Shown here piece after piece: positions 31,819 through 40,872 of a stretch of 64,000 nt of DNA. Position 1 is the first letter of the stretch. Each line of letters starts with the position of its first letter. Both the position numbers and the translations under genes were made by a program. Under the pieces are notes generated by a model, which saw only the letters and a list, made by a program, of their open reading frames with translations, did no database searches and was not told the DNA's origin. Origin of the DNA: Chlamydiota bacterium (GTDB lineage: Bacteria > Chlamydiota > Chlamydiia > Chlamydiales > SM23-39); NCBI GenBank assembly GCA_013285585.1, contig JABDHH010000002.1, positions 8,198 to 72,197 of the forward strand, in the 5' to 3' direction.

Positions 31819-32802
31819 TCACTCTCGAAAATGCTTTTGAAACAAGCTACTATAATAGAGTGGTTTCGTCTTCTGATTTCTTAGATAGATTAGCGCAACC
31901 TTAGGAGATTGATCATGCTCCAAATTGTTTGACTCTGATTCTGGAAGCGTGAGTTCCTCTGGTTCTGGAAGCGTGAGTTCCTCTGGTTCTGGAAGCGTGA
32001 GTTCCTTTGGTTTTGGAAGCGTGAGTTCCGGCGGCGTCAAATCTGGAGAGGAATTTTCTTCTACCTCATCTTTAGGAGCAAAAAGTAAGTCTGAGTCCTC
32101 TTGATTATTCTCTAGGTCCAGGTTCCTACCGCTGTTAACCGGTGTAGAAGTTCGGCTTACAAACGGCGTTGAATATTGAGAATCTTCGAGCGATTCCTCT
32201 CTATGTTCAAATGATGCTTTTGGATTATAAAGTGAGTCTTCTTTCTCACTATCGGAGTCCTGATCCTCACCTTTTATGGCCGGCTCAGCAGCAGGAATAA
32301 GAGGAGCCACCCGCATGGATGATGAAAGAGGGATCCAACTTACTTGCCCTCCTTCCAGTTCCCAACTTACTTGCTGTTCTCGCAGTTGAGGGGGATCTTC
32401 TTGTGACCTACGGGAATGTGAGAAAGACCATTCCTTGTGGTTCGATTCCACACTCTCTTCACCTGAACCATGTTTAGAAGCAGAATCAAAAAGTGAATGT
32501 TTAGAAGCAGGATCAAAAAGTGAATTTGAGTCCTCTCGGCTATCCGCTAGGTAAGGAGGAGCGGGAGGTATCTGGGACATCTCCATAGAAGGAAGAGGGG
32601 AAATGATCCGGGCGGATACAGGAGAAGGAAGAGAAGCACGGTTTCCGCTTGGAGACCTTGCCTGAGAAGAGTTATAGACGTCTTGCACTACTGCCTCTGT
32701 ATTTGCACAAGAACCTGCCACAGAAGAGCCAGTCCTTATCATCTGAGGAGAACCTGAATTATTTCGATTACAACAGAAACAAGATAAACAAGAAAAAACC
32801 AT
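31819..32802 (-). CDS. Disordered S/P/E-rich protein with an N-terminal Cys cluster (family member 1)
   Basis: 327 aa. MVFSCLSCFCCNRNN with GGAGG RBS. Contains PEELTLPE and SLFD(P/S)ASKH tandem repeats. Confidence 0.6.
   Translation of the reverse strand: MVFSCLSCFCCNRNNSGSPQMIRTGSSVAGSCANTEAVVQDVYNSSQARSPSGNRASLPSPVSARIISPLPSMEMSQIPPAPPYLADSREDSNSLFDPASKHSLFDSASKHGSGEESVESNHKEWSFSHSRRSQEDPPQLREQQVSWELEGGQVSWIPLSSSMRVAPLIPAAEPAIKGEDQDSDSEKEDSLYNPKASFEHREESLEDSQYSTPFVSRTSTPVNSGRNLDLENNQEDSDLLFAPKDEVEENSSPDLTPPELTLPKPKELTLPEPEELTLPEPEELTLPESESNNLEHDQSPKVALIYLRNQKTKPLYYSSLFQKHFRE
31939..32030 (-). repeat. 24-bp in-frame tandem repeat (about 3.8 copies) encoding (P)EELTLPE
   Basis: Unit TTCTGGAAGCGTGAGTTCCTCTGG repeated head-to-tail. 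A second 27-bp x2 repeat lies at 32471-32524. Confidence 0.9.
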
Positions 32803-32953
32803 AAAAACCTCCAGAATTTACGGAGATTTTACAGAATCTTGACATTTTAATTCAACAGTCTTGGATGGACTGATCTATTCCAGACACCTTAAAAATAATT
32901 TTACGCCACTTGGCCGGCTTCAAGCACGTCCGTGCCAAGGACTGTTAAACTAG

Positions 32954-34084
32954 CTACGTTCTGCCATCCGGCAGCCGCTCCACCCATATTACTCTACCGT
33001 CCAGCAGCATCTCTTTCCAGTATATTCTCCCGTCCGAAGACCGTATTGTATCGTCCACTGACCTTAGGCTGCCGTTCTGAAAAACTTGATAGGGCTCCAA
33101 CTCACGTTCTCTGCGTTTTGGCTGGATTTGCCAAACCGTTTGAGTCCTCGCTTCCTCCTCATCATCGGACAAGATTTCTCGCCTTTCCCGGTATGGAGCC
33201 CGGACTCCATTCGATATATAAGGCGTCATTTGAGGCGCAGGCGGAGGGATTCTTTTCGTTTTATGCTTTGGAGGAGTGTCTTCACCTTCCTTCGCTCCGG
33301 AAGTCTCGCCTTTACCTGGCTTCTCGTCGGACAAGACAAAGTCAACCACTCTCCTCGCCAAATCTTCTTCATCATCGGAAGCACCTTCTCGGAAAACCCG
33401 AGAAGGATCCGCCTGAGACGTCGAAGTACTTTGAGGCAGGGACAAAGTGTCTCTTTCGAGTTCTGCTCCAAGTAAGTCTTTACAAGGAAGAGAGAGGGAG
33501 GGCATCGTCACCTGACTTGCCCTGTGAAACGGTTGCACTGAATCGTACGAGTCTTTTCGCAATCTCGGATGAGGAGCCTTGAGTCCGCTTGATATATAAG
33601 AAGAGGGCACGGGCGGCCGAGATGGAGGGACTCTTAGGAAAGTAAGGTTTTTCTCCGGTTTTTGCATTCCAGTATCGTCTCTGTAAGGAAGCGGGGCGAT
33701 GGGCATCGACCACACTTTCGACGATGCTGTTCCTACCTGCTTCAACATGTGAAAAGGTTGAACTGAATCGCAAGAGTTTTTTCGCGATGTTGGAGGAGCC
33801 TTGAGTCCGCTTGAAGAAGAGGTCACTGGAGGACAAGGCGGAGGGTTTTTCTGAGGCGGAAAGTTTCTCTCCATTTTTTTCCCTGGAGAATTTTTTGCCC
33901 ACATTCCGAAAGACTCTCGTAGGTCTAACTTGGGATTCGAGGAAGCCATTTCCTTTATCGCAACTGTTTTCACTCTCTCAGGCAAACGGCCAGAGTAAGG
34001 AGGAACGGGTATCCGCTCATTCCTTAACGCTGTTTCCGGCCTTATCGTGTGAGAAGATTTAAAGGAAGCAACACACATAGACAC
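32954..34084 (-). CDS. Disordered repeat protein, family member 2
   Basis: 376 aa (probable ATG at 34078 gives MCVASF...). Internal duplication SSGLKAP...DSVQPFH x2. Shares PPP.P.MTPYIS.GVRAP and VW.I.P motifs with member 3. Confidence 0.55.
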   Translation of the reverse strand: MSMCVASFKSSHTIRPETALRNERIPVPPYSGRLPERVKTVAIKEMASSNPKLDLRESFGMWAKNSPGKKMERNFPPQKNPPPCPPVTSSSSGLKAPPTSRKNSCDSVQPFHMLKQVGTASSKVWSMPIAPLPYRDDTGMQKPEKNLTFLRVPPSRPPVPSSYISSGLKAPHPRLRKDSYDSVQPFHRASQVTMPSLSLPCKDLLGAELERDTLSLPQSTSTSQADPSRVFREGASDDEEDLARRVVDFVLSDEKPGKGETSGAKEGEDTPPKHKTKRIPPPAPQMTPYISNGVRAPYRERREILSDDEEEARTQTVWQIQPKRRERELEPYQVFQNGSLRSVDDTIRSSDGRIYWKEMLLDGRVIWVERLPDGRT

Positions 34085-34156
34085 CTCTCGGAATTTACAG
34101 ATTAAATAAATTGTTTTTTAAGTTAAGAATAAGACACTGAAATTTTTTTTGCAATA

Positions 34157-34322
34157 GAGCCAGTTGCAAAACTCGCTTCGCTGCCCAAATTCGATGATTT
34201 CAAAGCCGGTTCGGTTTTTCGCAAATCGACATATCCTATTGGTCATAGGCGATTTGCGAAAAATCCGAATCCGGCGAAGAAAGCGCGGGTTTGGGTCCGA
34301 ATTGGAGTTTTGCAACTGGCTC
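34157..34322. repeat. 166-bp palindromic MITE-like element, copy A
   Basis: 18-bp terminal inverted repeats GAGCCAGTTGCAAAACTC / GAGTTTTGCAACTGGCTC. About 98 percent identical to 56435-56601. Nested internal inverted repeats (TTCGCAAATCG/CGATTTGCGAA). Confidence 0.85.
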
Positions 34323-34380
34323 AATACCTAATTCGAAAAATCTGAGGGGAAAGAACCCACAACTCCAAGCGTTCATTAGC

Positions 34381-35067
34381 TTAAGGTTCCTCCGTCTCTG
34401 TATGTGCCAGAGGGAAGAACCTAACACCTTGCGCTGAAATTTCATAGGGTCTGTCAGCAGGGCCTTGGCCTTGCCTTGGATGAATGTGCCAAACCTTTTG
34501 CGTTTTCACTACGCCCCCGGGTTCATCATCGGAATCGGAAGAGTCTTTTCGCGCTATCCGAGGAGGAGCCCGGACTCCCCTAGATATGTAAGGAGTCATT
34601 GCGGGAGAGGGAGGAGGAAGGTTTCTCTTGGTTTTTTGCGCTGAACCTCCTCCCTCTCCAGATCTTGAGGGTCCAGGTAGGTGTTGTTTGTCATCATCGG
34701 AAGAGATTCGCAACATTCCTTTTGGCTCTGGAGGAGAATTTTCTTCCATATCGGAGCCTATATCACGGTCTGGCGATTCCTCTCCGTAGCGAACCGGTAT
34801 CTTGTTTGACCATGGAGCGGAAGTCCTTGTGAACCCCGTTTTTGGCGGAGGAAAATCTTCTGCCCTCCCCTCTCCTGAAGACCGCCGTTGACTTGACCTG
34901 GACTCAGGGGAACCGCCAATTTCTCTTTTCGCAACCGATCCCACTCTATCTTCTAATGCAGAATATAAAGGCGAAGCCTCAACCGTAGAGGCGAGATGGC
35001 TCAAAGGACTATCGACAACATTCCGAGGACAACAACAGAAACAAGAAAACCAACACATAGGCACCAC
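34381..35067 (-). CDS. Disordered protein with an N-terminal CFCCC cluster, family member 3
   Basis: 228 aa (probable ATG at 35058 gives MCWFSCFCCCPRNVVDSPLSH...). The N-terminal ~45 aa are almost identical to member 4. Confidence 0.6.
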   Translation of the reverse strand: MVPMCWFSCFCCCPRNVVDSPLSHLASTVEASPLYSALEDRVGSVAKREIGGSPESRSSQRRSSGEGRAEDFPPPKTGFTRTSAPWSNKIPVRYGEESPDRDIGSDMEENSPPEPKGMLRISSDDDKQHLPGPSRSGEGGGSAQKTKRNLPPPSPAMTPYISRGVRAPPRIARKDSSDSDDEPGGVVKTQKVWHIHPRQGQGPADRPYEISAQGVRFFPLAHTETEEP

Positions 35068-35396
35068 TTCTGAAATTTATAGAAATAATAAAGATTCATT
35101 CTTTTTTCAGAAGAAAATATTGAAAGAGTCATTGCTATTCAGCTATTTAAATTTCTGTTGTTTTTTGAGTGGGTCGCAAAGCGGCCAAAAATAATCCTCA
35201 AAAGCGCCGAAGCTGAATTTTACAACACCCTCTAAACTCCGTAGGAGATGTTATACTGCGTGCGGCTGAGAAGTTAAAGTTATGCCAAAGAGGCGCCCTG
35301 AATTTGGCTCAGGTGCAGCCGGCGCCAAAGGCCAAAGGGGTTCTCCAAAAATGCATCATTTTTGGGGAGAGGCCGTTGCAGCTAAACTTAAAAAGT

Positions 35397-35855
35397 TTAG
35401 CGATGCCCGGGGTCGGGCAATTTTGCAAGCGGATTACTTTCATCATCAGTGGAAGAATCTTCCGAGCTCGCTTTATGTAGCTTCCATGGCCCGTTTTCGT
35501 TATCGTTATCGGGAGAGTCTATATCGGAAGAGTCTATAACGGAGTCTGGCGACTTCGCTCTGGATCCGTAGTCAAGTGGCACCTTGTTTGACCATCCAGC
35601 GCGAGCCTTTGTTAGCCTCTTTTTTGGCTCTGAAGAAGAATTTTCTTTCGTCCCCACTCCGGAAGCCAGCCGTTGACTTGACTTGGACTCCAGGGAGACA
35701 CCAATTTTATTTTGCGCAAACGATCCCACTCTATCTTCTAATGCAGGATATAAAGATGAAGCCTCAACCGTAGAGGCGATATGGCTCAAAGGACTATCGA
35801 CAACATTCCGAGGACAACAACAGAAACAAGAGAACCAAGATGAACACATAGGCAC
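35397..35855 (-). CDS. Disordered protein with an N-terminal CFCCC cluster, family member 4
   Basis: 152 aa (probable ATG at 35849 gives MCSSWFSCFCCCPRNVVDSPLSH...). The upstream ~110 bp leader is duplicated with member 3. Confidence 0.6.
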   Translation of the reverse strand: MPMCSSWFSCFCCCPRNVVDSPLSHIASTVEASSLYPALEDRVGSFAQNKIGVSLESKSSQRLASGVGTKENSSSEPKKRLTKARAGWSNKVPLDYGSRAKSPDSVIDSSDIDSPDNDNENGPWKLHKASSEDSSTDDESNPLAKLPDPGHR

Positions 35856-36129
35856 CCCTTCCGAAATTTATAGAAAATATAAAAACTCATTCTTTTTTTT
35901 AGAAGAAAAATTGAAGGAGTCCTTGCTATTCAGCAGGTTAAATTGCTGTCGTTTTTTGAGTGCTTTGGAAAGGGCAGCTCGCTGCAATCGCGCGTCCTTT
36001 AGGAACCGATTCAAGCGAGCTATAGGATTATTTGCAGTAAAGAACTTGCTGCCCATTGCTGGAGCGAAGAATCTTCTCTCCTTCTGAGAGAGTTCTTCAA
36101 ATGCGCCGCCCCCGGTTTTAGGACAGGTT

Positions 36130-37329
36130 CTAAAATCCGTAGGAGATGTTATATTCCATGTAGTGGTCGCGCATTTTCGAGAACTGCCCTTCGTACGAAT
36201 AGCCATGATGGTATTCGACATAAAACCGGAATTTGCGGCCGATTCCCTGTAATTTGCTGAACTCGTAACCTCCGCGGTACGTTCCGTCGAAATTCCAATC
36301 CAGCTCTTGCATGTTGCGGAAATGGAGCGTTAGATAGAGCGTTCCATACAACCTTTGCTTGTCGAATTTGGTCCCCAGGAAACGAACTTCAGTCCCATAT
36401 TCAATATACAGCGGCTTCCATCGAAACGTTGGATCGCTATGGACGATCACAGCCGGCCCAACATAAAGCCGGATCGCTTCTTTCGCTTGATAGGACACAA
36501 AGAAATCGATTACTTCGTTGCTTGGATTGACTCGATGGAACCCCGGGTGGTTGATTAAAAATTCATCCCCCAAATGGCTGGATACATGGAAGCCTCTGAG
36601 GCGAAACGACCACTTGTTTCGCGCGTAGGTGATGGGGATGCCCGCGTAAAAGTCCGTATTGACCAGCTCCGTGCCGCCGGCAATATCCGGGTGGGGATCG
36701 AAATTGAAGACTGACCAGATACACGCTTCGATCCCGATCTGCAGATCGCCTCCGTAGATCACATCGAGCCATCGATAAATGGGGAAGTCGTCGCCCAATG
36801 AAATATCGGCGCATTTGTTGCCGATGATCTCGTCTCCGCTCCGGTAACCCAAAGTATAGGAAATTACCCTTGGCGAGCCGATGATCGGCTGAAACAATTC
36901 TGTCATCTGGGGGAACCAGATTCCGTTGATCTTCGGACGCTCCACATACTTCACCCGAAGTTCTTCGTTTTCCGTAGGAACTTCCTCTAAGATCTGGACA
37001 TCTTTGACTCCGGGGACATCCTTGACGAATTGAATGATACTCTTCGCTGTTAATTCATTTTTGGGCAAGTTCGCCAGCCAGATGTGTTTATCTTTAGCGA
37101 TGACAATCACCCTGTATTCCGCGTAGTGCATGTCGATCAGAGCCTGGACGTAACCCTCGAAGTAGGCATCGGGCGCTTTTTCCACGCCATCGGGAATGCT
37201 GTCCGACCGAGTGAGCACGACGGCCACTTCCGATTCAATCGGAAGCTCGTCTATTTGACTGTCAGTAGAAAAACCAGAGCCGGAGAAGAGAATGCAGAAA
37301 ACAACGGCTCCCGATTGGAGTGCACGCAT
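36130..37329 (-). CDS. Putative outer-membrane beta-barrel protein with an N-terminal BON-like region
   Basis: 399 aa. Signal peptide MRALQSGAVVFCILFSGSGFS. Alternating amphipathic strands. C-terminal ...YNISYGF with terminal Phe, typical of OMPs. Confidence 0.55.
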   Translation of the reverse strand: MRALQSGAVVFCILFSGSGFSTDSQIDELPIESEVAVVLTRSDSIPDGVEKAPDAYFEGYVQALIDMHYAEYRVIVIAKDKHIWLANLPKNELTAKSIIQFVKDVPGVKDVQILEEVPTENEELRVKYVERPKINGIWFPQMTELFQPIIGSPRVISYTLGYRSGDEIIGNKCADISLGDDFPIYRWLDVIYGGDLQIGIEACIWSVFNFDPHPDIAGGTELVNTDFYAGIPITYARNKWSFRLRGFHVSSHLGDEFLINHPGFHRVNPSNEVIDFFVSYQAKEAIRLYVGPAVIVHSDPTFRWKPLYIEYGTEVRFLGTKFDKQRLYGTLYLTLHFRNMQELDWNFDGTYRGGYEFSKLQGIGRKFRFYVEYHHGYSYEGQFSKMRDHYMEYNISYGF

Positions 37330-37376
37330 ATCAGTGTCCTTGAAATCCTATATATGCAAATGGACCAATTTTTTTC

Positions 37377-38669
37377 TTAAATTTTTTGAGCGATCTCGTC
37401 TTTTTTTGCAAATCGGCTTTTTAGCAGCCTTGCTCCGCTGTAGAAACAGAGCGCTCCTCCTAAAACCAGAACCTCGATCGGCCCCAAAACGACTGCCAGC
37501 CAGCCCCCCAAAGGCGGAGCCACGGCTCCCCTCAAGCCCCCCATCATCAGTCCGACCCCCGTGAACCGGGAACTCTCCTCTTTCCCTGCGAAGATCGGCC
37601 CCGACATATGCCACACCAAATGACTTCCTCCTTGCCCTACCCCGTACCAGAAATAAGCCAAGTAGAACCACCCGATCCACCAGGTCGAGCACGCCATCAG
37701 CACGGGGAACAATGCCACCGACAAGAAAACCCAACTCGCCAACTTCAATACATTGACCCGCTCGATCCACTTTGCCCATACCGGCGACGACAGAGCGAAC
37801 CCTAGTCCTTTCGCGATCGAGATCCCGCCCGCCGCCATTGTGTGCGACACACCTAAATCATCCACAGCGAAGATCGGCAACGCCGGCTGGATCAGCATGA
37901 TCCCGAACCCGCAAACCATGAACCCCCACTGATACCGCGCAAAATCGGGCCTAGTCCGGATCAACCGGTAGCTATCCTTCCATGGCCTTGCCACCAATTC
38001 CCGCCACTTCAGCCTCTCTCCTTCCCATGCTTTCTCTTCCACTGGAATCCGCGCCTGGATCGCAAGCACTCCCATGCCGACCAATGACGCTCCGAAAAAT
38101 AAGATCTTCCACAGTCCCGGATCATGGTCGAGCACGCATCCCATGCCGAGCGACAAGACGACTCCTTCCGCATACCCGAATGCCGAACTCAGTGAAAAGA
38201 GCTTTCCCCGCTTCCCTGCGTCCATGTTCCTCTTGATGATTTCCATCCATCCGGGGATTACCGCCCTATGGAAGAACATATAGTTCACCGCCGCCCCGAT
38301 CACAAACCATACCGAATCGAAAAAGGGACATAATAAAAACGGCGCCCGCATCAAGAAGCCCGCCCAGAGGACGTTGGACTTGATCTTCCCGCTCCGCCCC
38401 AACCCTGCGCTCCAATAGAACGACAAGATCGTGATGAGCGGTTTCAGCATTGTCATCAAAGCGATCTGCCACGCGCTCGCCCCCAGATCCTTGTACAAGA
38501 TGATCGCGACCAAGCCGTACAATGTGAAAAGGGGCTCGCTCAGCGCGCTGCTCCAGAAAAGCGCCCGCCCTGTCTTCGTGTGTTTCAAAACCGATGCACT
38601 CATGAGGCCATCCATCATACCCGTTCTCTTCGATTTTGAGAAACCCTGGCAAAAAATTAAAATATGCAA
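37377..38669 (-). CDS. MFS-type transporter
   Basis: 430 aa, about 12 hydrophobic segments with a central loop. Family assignment is from topology only. Confidence 0.65.
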   Translation of the reverse strand: MHILIFCQGFSKSKRTGMMDGLMSASVLKHTKTGRALFWSSALSEPLFTLYGLVAIILYKDLGASAWQIALMTMLKPLITILSFYWSAGLGRSGKIKSNVLWAGFLMRAPFLLCPFFDSVWFVIGAAVNYMFFHRAVIPGWMEIIKRNMDAGKRGKLFSLSSAFGYAEGVVLSLGMGCVLDHDPGLWKILFFGASLVGMGVLAIQARIPVEEKAWEGERLKWRELVARPWKDSYRLIRTRPDFARYQWGFMVCGFGIMLIQPALPIFAVDDLGVSHTMAAGGISIAKGLGFALSSPVWAKWIERVNVLKLASWVFLSVALFPVLMACSTWWIGWFYLAYFWYGVGQGGSHLVWHMSGPIFAGKEESSRFTGVGLMMGGLRGAVAPPLGGWLAVVLGPIEVLVLGGALCFYSGARLLKSRFAKKDEIAQKI

Positions 38670-38849
38670 TTACAAGAATATAAAAACTAATAAAATTTAA
38701 AAACTAAATATGCCGAATGACTTACAAACTAGATCAGATTTGTATAATTACGAAATATTTGATTGACGAATTTCACGCATTTTTCAGGTATCCAAACAAC
38801 TTGAAAAGTTCTTTTCCACAAGATAAAGTTGTATCTTCAAAGCTTTTAA

Positions 38850-38922
38850 GGGGCAATAGCTCAGCGGTTAGAGCAGCGGACTCATAACCCGTCGGTCTCT
38901 GGTTCAAATCCAGGTTGCCCCA
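38850..38922 (+). tRNA. tRNA with CAU anticodon (Met, or Ile2 if lysidine-modified); island integration site
   Basis: Acceptor GGGGCAA/TTGCCCC; D-arm TAGCTCAGCGGTTAGAGC; anticodon loop CTCATAA; T-arm CTGGTTCAAATCCAG. Overall similarity to ileX-type tRNAs. CCA is not encoded. Confidence 0.88.
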
Positions 38923-39086
38923 TCTCCATAACCAGCACAATCCACTGCACTTAAGGCGCATTCAGCTTGATCCAATATCAAGTTAAAGTTTAAAATATAC
39001 GCCGACGGTGCAATGGCGGTGCAACAAAGAATAATCTTAACCGGCAGCGCCATCCAACCCAAAACCGTTAACCCAAGGTTGGAATC

Positions 39087-40157
39087 ATGGCATCTATTTT
39101 CAAACGCAAAAACGAAGACGGAACGACCGTCTGGCGCGCGGTCGTCCGCATCAAGGGCTACCCTACCGTCTGCAATCATTTCGAACGCAAACAGGAAGCT
39201 GACGATTGGGCGAAGGACGTCGAAAGAAAGATCAAACTCGGCGAATTCAAGTTCGACCAACATAATCAAATCCGCACCTTTGCTGAACTTACGGATCGCT
39301 ACATCCAAGACGGCGCCCTTGAACACCATCGTTCAGCCGACGATACCAATCGCCATCTCGCCTACTGGAAAACCCGTCTAGGCGCCTACGCCCTCGTTCA
39401 CATCACTCCTGAACTTCTCGGAAAAGAGCGCCAGTTCCTCATCGATACTCCAACACCCAAGGGACGTAAACGAACGTCTTCCACAACGAACCGCTACTTC
39501 GCCTCCCTCTCCTCTCTTCTCACCTACGCGGCCCAACATCTTCGCTGGATCAGCGAGAATCCAGCTCTCCGCCTCATCAAACTCAAAGAGAACCCAGGTC
39601 GCGATCGCGTCCTGACGGAAGACGAGATCGCTCGCCTTCTTTCCGCCTCACGCACAAGCAAATCCCCTTATCTCTATTGCATCATCATCCTTTCTCTCAC
39701 GACCGGCGCTCGTCAGGGAGAAATCCTCAATCTCGAATGGAAACATATCGATTTCGAAAACAAAATCGCCTACATCAAGCAAAGCAAAAACGGCCGTCCT
39801 CGTAGCATCGCACTCTCTGATCCCGTTGTAGCCGAACTGCGCCGCCTCTACGATCTACGCAATCCGCAAAAACCTCTCGTATTCGCTAGCAAGACTGCCT
39901 TCGGCCGCATCGACATCAAAAAAGCCTGGCAACAAGCTCTCAAACGCGCCTGCATCACAAATTGCCGGGCCCACGACATGCGCCACACTTTTTGCACTTA
40001 CGCCGCGGCAAAAGGAGCCTCCAATCTCCAGTTACAAACCGCCACGGGTCATCGCACTTTGTCGATGCTCCTCCAATACACACACATGGACGTAGAAGTC
40101 ACAAAACAGTTCAGTAACCAAATCTCGAACCAGATCCTGAAAGGAGAATCCCCATGA
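39087..40157 (+). CDS. int: Tyrosine-type site-specific integrase
   Basis: 356 aa. SAM-like N-domain and catalytic residues in TGARQGE (R), AHDMRHTF (HxxR) and GHRTLSMLLQYTH (H...Y). Confidence 0.93.
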   Translation: MASIFKRKNEDGTTVWRAVVRIKGYPTVCNHFERKQEADDWAKDVERKIKLGEFKFDQHNQIRTFAELTDRYIQDGALEHHRSADDTNRHLAYWKTRLGAYALVHITPELLGKERQFLIDTPTPKGRKRTSSTTNRYFASLSSLLTYAAQHLRWISENPALRLIKLKENPGRDRVLTEDEIARLLSASRTSKSPYLYCIIILSLTTGARQGEILNLEWKHIDFENKIAYIKQSKNGRPRSIALSDPVVAELRRLYDLRNPQKPLVFASKTAFGRIDIKKAWQQALKRACITNCRAHDMRHTFCTYAAAKGASNLQLQTATGHRTLSMLLQYTHMDVEVTKQFSNQISNQILKGESP

Positions 40158-40293
40158 ATCACGAATTGGTCCAACAACTTGTTGGCCAATTGTCGTTACG
40201 CGATACGACAATTGCCGCAGCTCCCAACATGGTAAGGATGTGGTACTTAAAAACAGGTTTACACAAACGTTACCAAAATGGTAACTTTTATAC

Positions 40294-40872
40294 ATGAGCA
40301 CAAGAAGTAAGCTTTTTGAAATAGCCGACCGTCAGCAAGGCTTTTTTACCACACGACAGGCGCAAGAATGCGGAATCTCACGCTCTCATTTTCATCGCAA
40401 ACTACTTTCTGGAGAATGGATAAAGGAGTTGAGAGGTATTTATCGCCTAGCTCACTACCCTGCCACCGATCGACCGGAACTTGTTCTTTGGACTCTTTGG
40501 AGCCGAGATAAAAAGGATCATCCCCAGGGGGTATGGTCCCATGATACAGCTCTCGATATTCATGATCTAAGCGACAACATGCCTTCGAAAATGCATATGA
40601 CTGTCCCGCTCCGATTCCGAAAACAAATCGCAATTCCTAAAGCGATCAAACTCTATTTTGCAAGCCTTTCCAAAAGCGACATCGAAATTTGTCAAGGATA
40701 TCGAGTCACCACACCCCTTCGCACTTTACTCGATGTAATTGCAGAAGGAAAAATTTCTCCAGACTTGATTGCTCAAGCAATACGTGAAGGACTGCGAAAA
40801 GGGATTCTTCTTCTTCGCGACGTAAATCAAACACCCCAACTTTTGAAATATAAACATGAATACAAAATTTAA
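40294..40872 (+). CDS. AbiEi-family (type IV TA) antitoxin / transcriptional regulator
   Basis: 192 aa. N-terminal winged-helix pattern LFEIADRQQGFFTTRQAQECGISRSHFHRKLLSGEWIKELRGIYRL, typical of AbiEi_4. Overlaps the toxin gene by 17 nt. Confidence 0.75.
   Translation: MSTRSKLFEIADRQQGFFTTRQAQECGISRSHFHRKLLSGEWIKELRGIYRLAHYPATDRPELVLWTLWSRDKKDHPQGVWSHDTALDIHDLSDNMPSKMHMTVPLRFRKQIAIPKAIKLYFASLSKSDIEICQGYRVTTPLRTLLDVIAEGKISPDLIAQAIREGLRKGILLLRDVNQTPQLLKYKHEYKI

Noticed and set aside
31939-32524. Tandem repeats considered as a possible CRISPR array
   Set aside because: The repeats are directly adjacent with no spacers, are in-frame multiples of 3 (24 and 27 bp), and lie inside a coding region. 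No cas genes are nearby.
32932-33582. 216-aa and 129-aa plus-strand ORFs opposite the effector-like gene 32954..34084
   Set aside because: The low-complexity region is open in several frames. I preferred the minus frame because it shares the PPP.P.MTPYIS.GVRAP and VW.I.P blocks, the leader sequence and the N-terminal Cys context with the neighbouring minus-strand paralogs.
37348-38652. ORFs 37348..37779 (-), 38266..38652 (-) and several plus-strand ORFs within the transporter gene
   Set aside because: They are alternative frames of the 430-aa polytopic membrane protein. They are Arg/Gly-rich shadow products.
38904-39381. ORFs 38904..39329 (-) and 39013..39381 (+)
   Set aside because: They overlap the tRNA and the 5' part of the integrase gene in other frames. 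The integrase frame has the catalytic R...HxxR...Y signature.
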